A stretch of DNA of 64,000 nucleotides, taken from positions 649,218 through 713,217 of the forward strand of contig NW_018407219.1 of NCBI RefSeq assembly GCF_002113885.1. Direction: 5' to 3'. Below the pieces are notes generated by a model. The model saw only the letters and a program-made list of their open reading frames with translations, was not told the DNA's origin and made no database searches. The position numbers and the translations under genes were made by a program. Shown piece by piece: positions 39,370 to 51,723 of the stretch; the stretch's first letter is position 1, and each line of letters opens with the position of its first letter. The stretch is from Mizuhopecten yessoensis. Lineage: Eukaryota.

Positions 39370-42260
39370 GTAATAATGTGGGGCACGTATTTATAGTACA
39401 GTGCACACAGGTAATAACGTGGGGCACGTATTTACGTATTTATAGTACAGTGTATGCAGGTAATAACGTGGGGCACGTATTTACGTATTTATAGTACAGT
39501 GTATACAGGTAATAACGTGGGGCATGTATATATAGTGCAGTGTATACAGGTAACAACGTGGTGCACGTATTTATAGTACAGTGTATACAGCTAATAATGT
39601 GGGGCACGTATATATAGTACAGTGTATAAAGGTAATAATGTGGGGCACGTATTTATAGTACAATGTATACAGGTAATAACGTGGGGCACGTGTTTATAGT
39701 GCAGTGTATACAGGTAATAAAGTGGGGCACGTATTTATAGTACAGTGTACCCAGGTAATAACGTGGGGCACGTATTTACGTATTTATAGTACAGTGTATA
39801 CAGGTAATAACGTAGGGCACGTATTTATAGTGCAGTGTATACAGGTAATAACGTGAGGCACATATTTACGTATTTATAGTACAGTGTATACAGGTAATAA
39901 TGTGGGGCACGTATATATATTACAGTGTATAAAGGTAATAATGTGGGGCACGTATTTATAGTACAATGTATACAGGTAATAACGTGGGGCACGTGTTTAT
40001 AGTGCAGTGTATACAGGTAATAAAGTGGGGCACGTATTTATAGTACAGTGTAAACAGGTAATAACGTCGGGCACATATTTATAGTACAGTGTATACAGGT
40101 AATAATGTGGGGCACGTATTTGTAGTACAGTGTATACAGGTAATAACGTGGGGCAAGTATTTATAGTACAGTGTATACAGGTAATAACGTAGGGCACGTA
40201 TTTATAGAACAGTGTATACAGGTAATAATGTGGGGCATGTATATATAGTACAGTGTATAAAGGTAATAATGTGGGGCACGTATTTATAGTACAATGTATA
40301 CAGGTAATAACGTGGGGCACGTACATATAGAACAGTGTATACAGGTAATAACGTGGGGCAAGTATTTATAGTTCAGTGTACACAGGTAATAACGTGGGGC
40401 ACATATTTATAGTACAGTGTACACAGGTAACAATGTGGGGCACGTATTTATAGTACAGTGTATACGGGTAATAACGTGGGGCACGTATTTATAGAACTGT
40501 GTATACAGGTAATAACGTGGGGCACGTGTTTATAGTGCAGTGTATACAGGTAATAAAGAGGGGCACATATTTACGTATTTATAGTAAAGTGTATACAGGT
40601 AATAACGTGGGGCATGTATATATAGTGCAGTGAATACAGGTAATAACGTGGAGCACGTATTTATAGTACAGTGTATACAGGTAATAATGTGGGGCATGTA
40701 TATATAGTACAGTGTATAAAGGTAATAATGTGGGGCACGTATTTATAGTACATTGTATACAGGTAATAACGTGGGGCACGTGTTTATAGTGCAGTGTATA
40801 CAGGTAATAAAGTGGGGCACGTATTTATAGTACAGTGTACCCAGGTAATAACGTGGGGCACGTATTTATAGCGCAGTGTATACAGGTAATAACGTGGGGA
40901 ACATATTTACGTATTTATAGTACAGTGAATACAGGAAATAACGTGGGGCATGTATATATAGTGCAGTGTATACAGGTAATAACGTGAGGCACATATTTAC
41001 GTATTTATAGTACAGTGAATACAGGAAATAACGTGGGGCATGTATATATAGTGCAGTGAATACAGGTAATAACGTGGAGCACGTATTTATAGTACAGTGT
41101 ACACAGGTAGTAACGTGGGGCACGTATTTATAGTACATTGTATACAGGTAATAACGTGGGGCACGTGTTTATAGTGCAGTGTATACAGGTAATAACGTGG
41201 AGCACGTATTTATAGTACAGTGTATACAGCTAATAATGTGGGGCACGTATATATAGTACAGTGTATACAGGTAATAATGTGGGGCATGTATATATAGTAC
41301 AGTGTATAAAGGTAATAATGTGGGGCACGTATTTATAGTGCAGTGTCTACAGGCAATAACGTGGGGCACATATTTACGTATTTATAGTACAGTGAATACA
41401 GGAAATAACGTGGGGCATGTATATATAGTGCAGTGAATACAGGTAATAACGTGGAGCACGTATTTATAGTACAGAGTATACAGGTAATAACGTGGGGCAC
41501 GTGTTTATAGTGCAGTGTATACAGGTAATAACGTGGTGCACGTATTTATAGTACAGTGTATACAGGTAATAATGTGGGGCACGTATATATAGTACAGTGT
41601 ATAAAGGTAATAATGTGGGGCACGTATTTATAGTACAGTATACAGGTAATAACGTGGTGCTCGTATTTATAGTACAGTGTATACCGATAATAACGTGGGG
41701 CACGTATTTATAGAACAGTGTATACAGGTAATAATGTGGGGCATGTATATATAGTACAGTGTATAAAGGCAATAATGTGGGGCACGTATTTATAGTACAG
41801 TATACAGGTAATAACGTGGTGCTCGTATTTATAGTACAGTGTATACGGGTAATAATGTGGGGCACGTATATATAGTACAGTGTATACAGGTAATAACGTG
41901 GGGCACATATTTATAGTACAGTGTACACAGGTAATAACGTGGGGCACTTATTTATAGTACAGTGTACACAGGTAATAATGTGGGGCACGTATATATAGTA
42001 CAGTGTACACAGGTAATAACGTGGGGCACGTATTTATAGAACAGTGTATAAAGGTAATAACGTGGGGCACGTATTTATAGAACAGTGTATACAGGGAATA
42101 ACGTGGGGCACGTATTTATAGAACAGTGTATAAAGGTAATAACGTGGGGCACGTATTTATAGAACAGTGTATAAAGGTAATAACGTGGGGCACGTATTTA
42201 TAGTACAGTATACAGGTAATAACGTGGTGCACGTATACGTATTTATAGAACAGTGTATAA
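39363..42260. repeat. Minisatellite, ~41-bp unit (TATTTATAGTACAGTGTATACAGGTAATAACGTGGGGCACG), ~70 copies with multi-unit block duplications
   Basis: Direct periodicity; 8-bp insertion variant (TATTTACG); block 39601-39777 recurs at ~40691-40867. Confidence 0.98.
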
Positions 42261-42760
42261 ATAATATTTTGGAACCATTAAAATTGAAATTCAGCTTTTG
42301 CCATATCATTTGTTCAGTGACAATGTTGATTCAAATGATTAATATGCACAATTTCTATCACAGAAATAGATACATTCACAAGATTATACTGCAAACAATA
42401 TTGCACAAATGACAATAAGTATGTACATACTAAAATCAATATCATATAGACATGCACATACACAAACCCGGAATTGTGTAAACGTCATTTGCTGTGTTCT
42501 CTGTCTTAATGCAGTAGAACCTTGCAATACACAGACACCTAGCTAACACGTCAGTGTCCTCCAGGACTGTGAACTGCAAACTGAACCAGCAGACTAAATT
42601 ATGTCCCCTTCCTGGAATTACCATGCTAGCACATTACCAATTCTCTACAGTTTCCACAGAAATAATAACAACTATGCACTTGCTGAAATTTCATGTAATA
42701 TTTCAAAACAGACAGTTAAATTGCTACTTTAAAGTAACTTATTTGATATTCAAACAATTT

Positions 42761-42907
42761 GACTCAAGGGGGTTGGTGAGACACAGCGTCCCTTATAGGT
42801 TGAAAATCCGAACCAATTCCAATGGTTACCGCAATGAGTATACAGAGTCCCCACTTACAGCTCATCAATGAATTCAAATGGAGTGGGGACATTACAAGGC
42901 ATATTCT
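42761..42907 (+). repeat. Interspersed repeat body homologous to ~222-380
   Basis: Shared ordered blocks GAGACACAGCGTCCCTTATA, CAATTCC, TATACAGAGTCCC, ATATTC. Confidence 0.7.
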
Positions 42908-42911
42908 TGCT

Positions 42912-43494
42912 TAACATCACGCTAACACAATTGGTACGCTATACCCAAATTGGTACACGGTCAGAAAATGGTTCAAATTGTACTTTAAAATCGAATTTGA
43001 GCATTTTCCTTTTACAATTTAACAAAAGAGATATTTATCAGCATTTCCACAGAACAGTTTTGTTTTCAGGAACATTTTAAGAGTACACAATCAACATCAG
43101 ACATCAAAGTAAACATATCAAAAATCCAGTAAAAACAACGTAAGTCGACGAAATTTTAGAGGATTTTAAAGGGATTAAATATAAGCATGTTCAAATATTG
43201 TTTTCTTGTCCTTATAACCGGATTATATATAGTTTATATATATACTATTGTAGGTCAGTACGGTATCTATAAAAGCAAAATATTTTGTTGCAATCGGACC
43301 ATCAACTAGTAGAAATAAAAACAAGTTTCATAGCCTGTGATGTGGTGTACCAATTTGGGTCCTAATCTTGGCCGAAAAACAGACGAAATCTCACTGCGAG
43401 CTTAGTGTTCTATTTTCAAAAACAAAAAACTTGTAATTTTTAAATATAAATGAAAAACTGTCAAAATTGTACCAATTGTGGTAGCGCGACTTTA
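42912..43494. mobile_element. Non-autonomous TIR element (Tc1/mariner/pogo-like)
   Basis: TIR TCACGCTAACACAATTGGTAC / GTACCAATTGTGGTAGCGCGA; inner inverted pair CCCAAATTGGTACAC / GTGTACCAATTTGGG; TA near both ends. Confidence 0.65.
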
Positions 43495-43630
43495 CAGAAT
43501 ATTTGTTTTTGGCATGGTGTGGACATGTTTCATCTCACAGGTGAGCCATCATCCAAACTACCCAACCAACAGTGACATCATCCAAATAGATTACTCAAGA
43601 GTTTGATCAAGAACCATGTTGAGCACAATT

Positions 43631-45349
43631 GAGTAGATCATAAAAGATCAGTATATATGCGTCCCTGATCACGATGTTCCCCACTGGAGTAGATCATAAA
43701 AGATCAGTTTATATGTGTCCCTGATCACGATGTTCCCTACTGGAGTAGATCATAAAAGATCTGTATATATGTGTCCCTGATCACGATGTTCCCTACTGGA
43801 GTAGATCATAAAAGATCAGTATATATGCGTCCCTGATAACGATGTTCCCTACTGGAGTAGATCATAAAAGATCTGTATATATGTGTCCCTGATCACGATG
43901 TTCCCTACTGGAGTAGATCATAAAAGATCAGTATATATGCGTCCCTGATAACGATGTTCCCTACTGGAGTAGATCATAAAAGATCAGTATATATGTGTCC
44001 CTGATCACGATGTTCCCTACTGGAGTAGATCATAAAAGATCAGTATATATGCGTCCCTGATAACGATGTTCCCTACTGGAGTAGATCATAAAAGATCAGT
44101 ATATATGTGTCCCTGATCACGATGTTCCCTACTGGAGTAGATCATAAAAGATCAGTATATATGCGTCCCTGATAACGATGTTCCCTACTGGAGTAGATCA
44201 TAAAAGATCAGTATATATGCGTCCCTGATAACGATGTTCCCTACTGGAGTAGATCATAAAAGATCAGTATATATGCGTCCCTGATAACGATGTTCCCTAC
44301 TGGAGTAGATCACAAAAGATCAGTATATATGTGTCCCTGATCACGATGTTCCCTACTGGAGTAGATCATAAAAGATCAGTATATATGTGTCCCTGATCAC
44401 GATGTTCCCTACTGGAGTAGATCATAAAAGATCAGTATATATGCGTCCCTGATAACGATGTTCCCTACTGGAGTAGATCACAAAAGATCAGTATATATGT
44501 GTCCCTGATCACGATGTTCCCTACTGGAGTAGATCATAAAAGATCAGTATATATGTGTCCCTGATCACGATGTTCCCCACTGGAGTAGATCATAAAAGAT
44601 CAGTATATATGTGTCCCTGATCACGATCTTCCCTACTGGAGTAGATCACAAAAGATCAGTATATATGTGTCCCTGATAACGATGTTCCCTACTGGAGTAG
44701 ATCATAAAAGATCAGTATATATGCGTCCCTGATAACGATGTTCCCTACTGGAGTAGATCACAAAAGATCAGTATATATGCGTCCCTGATAACGATGTTCC
44801 CTACTGGAGTAGATCATAAAAGATCAGTATATATGCGTCCCTGATAACGATGTTCCCTACTGGAGTAGATCACAAAAGATCAGTATATATGCGTCCCTGA
44901 TAACGATGTTCCCTACTGGAGTAGATCACAAAAGATCAGTATATATGCGTCCCTGATAACGATGTTCCCTACTGGAGTAGATCACAAAAGATCAGTATAT
45001 ATGCGTCCCTGATAACGATGTTCCCTACTGGAGTAGATCACAAAAGATCAGTATATATGCGTCCCTGATAACGATGTTCCCTACTGGAGTAGATCACAAA
45101 AGATCAGTATATATGCGTCCCTGATAACGATGTTCCCTACTGGAGTAGATCACAAAAGATCAGTATATATGCGTCCCTGATAACGATGTTCCCTACTGGA
45201 GTAGATCACAAAAGATCAGTATATATGCGTCCCTGATAACGATGTTCCCTACTGGAGTAGATCACAAAAGATCAGTATATATGTGTCCCTGATCACGATG
45301 TTCCCTACTGGAGTAGATCATAAAAGATCAGTATATATGCGTCCCTGAT
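43631..45349. repeat. Minisatellite, 56-bp unit (GAGTAGATCATAAAAGATCAGTATATATGCGTCCCTGATAACGATGTTCCCTACTG), ~30 copies
   Basis: Direct periodicity; a highly degenerate monomer follows at ~45375-45432. Confidence 0.98.
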
Positions 45350-46269
45350 TGTAATACATGTATAACCAACTGTAACAGAACACAAAAGATCAGTGTTTGT
45401 CCGTTATTGTACGTCCAACACTGGAACAGATCAATCAGAAGCGGACATTTTGCCAGACATACGATTAGAACTCCCAAGGTGACTTGCATCACCTAGTAAA
45501 GTGGTTATCACACAATGATTACCTGGAAAAGAGCCCCATCTACTTCACTTCAGGTTCTATCTGTAGACAGAAAATCTGATTAGTGAGCTGGTCAATACCA
45601 ACTTTATTACTTTCCTGAAAATTTTCATATATAATCTGGAAAATTAACGATAAAAAAAGAAGCTGTTCTGAATATAGAGTCAACGCTTCATAATCTAAGC
45701 TACCAAGAGACCTCCCTAGATCTCTATTATGCAACAACTGTTTTAGACATCAGGAGTCCTGGGAACAAGCTATACATGTAGTGTATAATAATTACATCAT
45801 ACAATTAGCTCATCTAACCCTGCGATAAGAGTAAATCCTATTGTTCCCTTATGAAGAGTTATTCAACCAATCAGGTGATGAGTCTGAGTAACAGGATCTA
45901 TATATATATGACAGTAACCTTCACGCTGTCTGGTCCCCTATTGTTATCAGTTATGTTTATTAGGATCATGACTGCACTTTGACCTCTAGTATTGTCTTTG
46001 ACAACCCTTTGACTTCTAAACCCCTGCAGATTCAGGTAAAGTGTTGTAATTGGTGACTTAACAAATGTTGGGCAACCTGCACAATTGCGGGTTTTCTTCG
46101 ACGTCTTTCGCTAATATAAAGGGACACTGAAAGAAACCACAATTCACCTGCTCCCCCATTTGAACATTTGGGATCTTCATATTTTCATAGTTCCTAACAA
46201 CCATTTTTGTTTCCTTAATTGCTTTAGGCGAGCTTGGCAATACCTCACTTTTGGCCTCATATATACATA

Positions 46270-46830
46270 CGTGTTAACACTTGCCCAAGTGGGGAAGAAA
46301 TTGGGTTCTGTCCCCTAGTTGGGACATACCAATTAAGTCCTTAAAAATGGTAGTTGTAATTCCTTGCTTAACATTCAGCAATTATAAGTTGTCAGTATCA
46401 TGTGACCAGTTGGAATACTGTGCTGGGTGACGTCAGCATGGTATTTGATTAAGGAAGCACTCTTAAGTCAGCATCAGATCTGCACTATCACAAGGAGGCA
46501 ACTACACCAACATACCCCGTCTCCGGCACACATACATACATGCACATGTACGTAATGTATGTCTCTGTCTTCCTCATCAGAGAGACAGATGTCAAAATGG
46601 ACACGTACTTAAAGATGATAGAACGAACGCTGCCAAAGACATACATGTATATTTTGTAACACGACTTCTGTTAACTCACAGGAAGATCCCGCCTTAAGAG
46701 TGCTACCTTAATCAAATACCATGCCGACGTCACCCAGTACAGTATTCCAACAAGGACTTAACTGGTATGTCCCAACTAGGGGAGGCAGCTAGTCCTTAAA
46801 TGACCTTAGCTGTTAACAGGACTGTAAACC
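46270..46830 (+). mobile_element. Degenerate tRNA-derived SINE interrupted by a composite insertion
   Basis: B-box-like GGGTTCTGTCCCC, AAAAATGGTAGTTG..CTTGCTT..TCAGCA block, CA-rich tract, tail GTCCTTAAATGACCTTAGCTGTTAACAGGAC..AAAC; family assigned from recalled mollusc SINE architecture, not a search. Confidence 0.6.
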
Positions 46831-48233
46831 TAGAGTTTTATACATTTAGTTGTAGCCGTTACCAAAGGTTTGACAGTATTTTTTCACTGGGTACTCAGGT
46901 TTACTACATGTTTATGGTTATAGCACCAAAAGGAACTTTTGTTTTGATATTCACTTTTAGCCCAATTTCACATCAGAATACTGATGCAGGATATATTTCA
47001 TAGTGTCCCAATATGTTCATGCCTGCTGATTTTTGTGTTGATTAAATAAACACATAATTAGTGAAATAATTTTTGCCATCATACAGTTGAATTATATAAT
47101 AAAAAGTGATTATGATACCCTTCCCAAGAGATAATGCTAATAAAACACTCAACCCAGACGCAGCACCTGTACATTTGCCTCGATACATAAATATAAACAT
47201 GCTGTAGATGCCAAACTAAATGTTTACATTGCTGGAGAACCTGTTAGATAAATGAGTTAATTACGACCCCCTCACCTAACTGGTTTTCTTTGGCTGCTCT
47301 ATAGTAACCCTATCATCACAGCACAGACTAAATGCATCATCTCCTGAGCTCTCTGTAGGGTGCATCATCTTCCGAGCTCTCTGTAATGTAAGTCACAGTT
47401 TGTATGCAAGGTATAATCTACAGATAGGATGATCAAGTTTTTACAGTATTACAAGACATCCACTACCTGATCTTTTAAAGAAATATTGAAGAAGCAAAAT
47501 CTTTCAATATGTCACACATCCGAAAAGATTTATCTACACCTTATCTTGATAACTGCAATAGTCATCTGGACCCGTATTAGGTTGTTTGGGAATCAAATAA
47601 AATTTCAGTCAATTATCATAATTTGTAATATATCACTAATCATTAACAAAAATGAGCCTAATTAGCATATGTGACCTTGACCTTTGTATTGAGAACAGTG
47701 TCTGCTACACCTGTAACCTGGATAATTTTACTATGAGCACTGACCTACAACCATGACCTTGGTCTTTACATTAAGCACATCTGTGATCCAGATCATTATA
47801 AAGGTTCTTGGTTCACAAGTTAAAAAAGGTTCTAAAAACTTGTAAGATTGATGTTTTTTCAGCCAAAAGTGCCAATGTGTTGTGTGATAATTTCAAGGTG
47901 ATTACTTTCTAAATGTACCTAATAACACAAACACCCGTGAAGTCTGAAAGCGGAAGGAATTCCGATATCAAAGATTTGAGGGGGAAAACCTCCATCAACA
48001 CATATCTTCTGTAAAAGTCATTACAACCAATGTCTTTTGATAAATGTTATCTTTCTCAATTTTCGTGATATATTTAAGATGTGTGTCCAATTATTTGATA
48101 AGAAATGCATCTGTTGAAACAGTCCTACCTTTATAAACAATTCTACATATTTTAAGAAAATTGCATGACCTCTAAATAAATAGTATTTTACATTAAGAGT
48201 AACATTTTCAATGTTAGGGAGGTGGCAAGTTAA

Positions 48234-48353
48234 TCTGTCTTCCTCATCAAAGAGACAGATGTCAAAATGGACTCGTACTTGAAGATGATAGAACGAACGC
48301 TGCCAAAGACATACATGTATATTTTGTAACACGACTTCTGTTAATTCACAGGA
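48234..48353 (+). repeat. 120-bp segment duplicated at 46564-46683
   Basis: Direct alignment with ~4 substitutions. Confidence 0.95.
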
Positions 48354-50353
48354 GAGCTCCAATCTCCCGTCACCTTAAGCACCAGGATCAATTTGGAGCT
48401 CTCCGTAACAGAGTGGGGAGGAAGTTGTGTACACACATCCCTAACATTATCACCCATCTTCCATATATACAGAAACAGGTGTGTGTTTGTTTCAGATAAT
48501 CTAATACCTTACATTTGTTTATACAAAATCATAGAGTCATCTATTAATATAATAAGGTGGTGTATTCTACGGCTATCTAACGTACCAGTGTTGGAGGCTT
48601 CCCAAAATCCACAGTATTGTATATGAAATGAACAGAAATGGTTTACTTTACCCCCTATAATCAGGCTACTTCTCTCTCTGAGAAAGTTAAAATTCCCTTG
48701 TCCAAAGAAAACGAGTTTGAATTTTGACAGCCAGCTGAATTTAAACTTAATTGAGAATATTAATCTAGTATATTCTTTGCAAAAACGTTCACCTAATAGT
48801 TTCCCATGCAATTAATTGAAATTTTTTGTTTTTGTTTCCAACATTTCCATTGATGTAAATCATAAGGCCTAAAAAATGACTTATATCATTATATTGTCTA
48901 GACACATTCTAATGTTATTCCAGCCTTGTCCTTTGTGAGGGAAGAAAAGTACCTATATAGCTATCATCAGTTAAGTACCCAATCAGATGTACGTACCACA
49001 GATGTTCATCATGACTACCGGTCACTTAGCTTACCCTTTCACTACCCCTAAGACTGTGACCAATCACCTGAACAAGGACATCTTCCAAGAAACTATAAAC
49101 AGGATTTTCTCCTCGACTACTAATTTTGTTTATAGAGTGTCAGACGGTGCACTTAATGGTACAGCATGCTGAAGTGCACTGTAGTTTAATGTGTATTCAA
49201 TATGATTGGAATTAATGTTTCAGGAATTTTTAAACGCACGAGATGAAATTAAATGAGAATAAAGATTTACATCTGACAGATCTCAGAGTGGCAATCCTGT
49301 AGAAGGATGGTACAATAATGTTATTTAACACCAAAAAAATAGGCAGCAATGTTAACGATAATCCCAGCATAGCAAGGGAGAGAACTCTAAATAAGCTAAT
49401 TAAAGCGGCACTCCTCGTGATATTTATCTTTCACTCTCTGATAATATATTTACTCCATGACCTTTTAGACAGACCATTCCAGCAATGTTGAACCATCTTA
49501 TCAGTAAAACTGTTACCATGGTTTCTATCTATCTTTAAGACAAATTAAGAACATATCAATGAAGCAATTTCGCATAAATAATATAATATCTCACTAATCA
49601 CACGGTATATTTGGATCTTAGTTGTGCAAACATAACAGAAAATGTCTGAACATACCATACTCTACCCAACTAGTGCCAATCTTTTTTTGCAGCTTATGCT
49701 TATGAATATCATAGAATTGTATTCAGGTCGATAAACATATGACTGTTTCATCAGTGGGAAATTCAGCCGTAATACGAAATGATAATAGTGCGGAGAAAAC
49801 GAAGAATTCATTTTAAATATCCAAAAAGAAAACATTGAAATGTTTCACAAAAGAAATTTATTTTAGAGCCTATAATCAAAAAGTACAAATAAATATTTCC
49901 ACATTTTGGATTCATATTTAAGGTAAAATGGTTGACTTTCACTCAATGACTGCGAATACAATTTCAAATATCTCAGATTTACTATAACTTTAATAAGTGA
50001 ATGGGCAAGCTTCTAAAGTTTGACCATACAATGATTACCTGAAAAACAAAGAATGTCAAAAGATAAAGTAAGAAACAGAGGTATATCTTCATCCTTATGT
50101 TCTATAAAATACTGACAGTTAATTATGATGATGGTTTTCAAAATACTGGAGATTAGTGACACTTTAGGTAATCTCGGGGTATACATGATGCAAATTAAGT
50201 GACAGAATATTTCTATTTCTACAGACCATATAACAAAATGTATCATATACCTGCATGGCACAAAATTTTCTCTTTCTTGCATTAGGACATAATAAATCAT
50301 ATTGTGATGCTGCATAGTTGAAATTTTCTTTCTCCTTTTTTTTTATATATATA

Positions 50354-51723
50354 CTAGCGGAAAAAAGAAACTGTGCATGAGGAGAATTGTTATAGAACAT
50401 GTATTACCAACTGAATATACATGAAAATTCACACACATGACCGAATATGACACATACACACTATCGGTGTGTCATTGACAGTTTTTCCCGTGCAGTTTGC
50501 TCTCTATATATAGGCGTTACCAGTTTGCACGTTTTTCTCGTCCAGCCATCCAATTCGACAATGACAGTTTATTTTTCAACTGTTGGGTCACTCTGTTGAG
50601 ACCAGTAAACAGTAAAAACAGCATTATAACGTTTTAATTTGTGATTAATGCTACGCAGAGGCTCAATGAAAATGACCACTTTCAGATTATTGGTATGCTT
50701 CACGCTGGTATGGGCCAAGCTGTTGTCTCAACACGTTTTCATGTCCATCGAAACACAACCCGGGACAGTTTGGCCACGTCGGCGATCGACCTTGTGCGGG
50801 ACATCCACGTGTGATGTCACGTCAACAGGACAACCATTTTTTGGCTTATCCATTTGTGAAATTGCTTCCAAACAACAAGTTTGATATCCGTCCGCAATGT
50901 CCTGCAATCCGCCCAGTTCTTCTGCCACGTCATCATGTAGCACGTCTTGACTGGTGCAGAAGGCATCTGCGATTTACTTGATAGGATTGGGCAGGCATTT
51001 TGTTCATAGTAGTGACGGCCGTTCCAGAGTGTATCGTCGCGTTGGAGAACGTTTCCGTGATGTGTGTGTGGTACAACAACGTTCTTTTGGCGGAGGCAGC
51101 GTTATGATTCGGGGCGGCATCACAGCCAACGGGAAAACGCCTCTTGTGGTTGTTAACGGGAATTTGAAGGCGCTACGTTACCATGACGAGATCCTCCGGA
51201 CCCACGTCGTTCCATTCGTGCAAGGGCAGCAATGTCACATTACGCTACAGCAGGACAACGCCAGGCCACGTACACACAGCTCGTGTCACTATGGACTTTC
51301 TGGTCCAGCAGAACGTTGAGGTGTCGCCCATTGAACTTGTCTGGGGTGAAATGAAGCGCAGATTACGGGCATTACCTAATCAACCGGTGACGTTGGCTGA
51401 TTTGCCTGCAGCGTTGGTACAGATCTGGAATGCCATCCCACAAGCATTCTTGAACCGTCTGATAGGCTCCATGCGTCGACGTTGCCGGGCTTGCATTCAG
51501 GCAAACAGTGGACATACAAGGTATTAACTTTGTGGACTCAGTATTGACCCCTGCTGTGTGTATGTCACTCCTGAGCGGAACTTATTGATTCCATAACGTG
51601 GCAAATGGAATGCAACTGTTAATGAATAACAAATAATGGTCCCTGAAAACCTTGTTGTTCTACGTCATACACATTAATTTTTATAACACATTTTAGGCAT
51701 GCACAGTTTCTTTTTTCCGCTAG
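50354..51723 (+). mobile_element. Tc1/mariner DNA transposon, both ends intact, dead transposase
   Basis: Perfect 26-bp TIRs CTAGCGGAAAAAAGAAACTGTGCATG (50354-50379; 51698-51723), TA flanks within a (TA)n tract. Confidence 0.95.
50648..51527 (+). pseudogene. Tc1-family (DD34E-type) transposase pseudogene
   Basis: Across frames: HTH-like IIGMLHAGMGQAVVSTRFHVHRNT, SDGRSRVYRRVGERF, FGGGSVMIRGGI, QQDNARP, SPIELVW, SMRRRCRACIQANSGHTRY*; frameshifts and deletions of the first-Asp and WPxxSPDL segments. Confidence 0.92.

Noticed and set aside
37965-41947. Repetitive ORFs in the 81-bp and 41-bp arrays
   Set aside because: Products of tandem periodicity, interrupted by sporadic stops
43631-45349. 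CRISPR-like regular repeats (here and in other arrays)
   Set aside because: Units are contiguous with no unique spacers; no cas genes; eukaryotic context
49400-49430. TTAAAGCGGCACTCC, resembling a Kolobok left end (similar TTAAGG starts at ~21109 and ~21159)
   Set aside because: No matching inverted right end could be located
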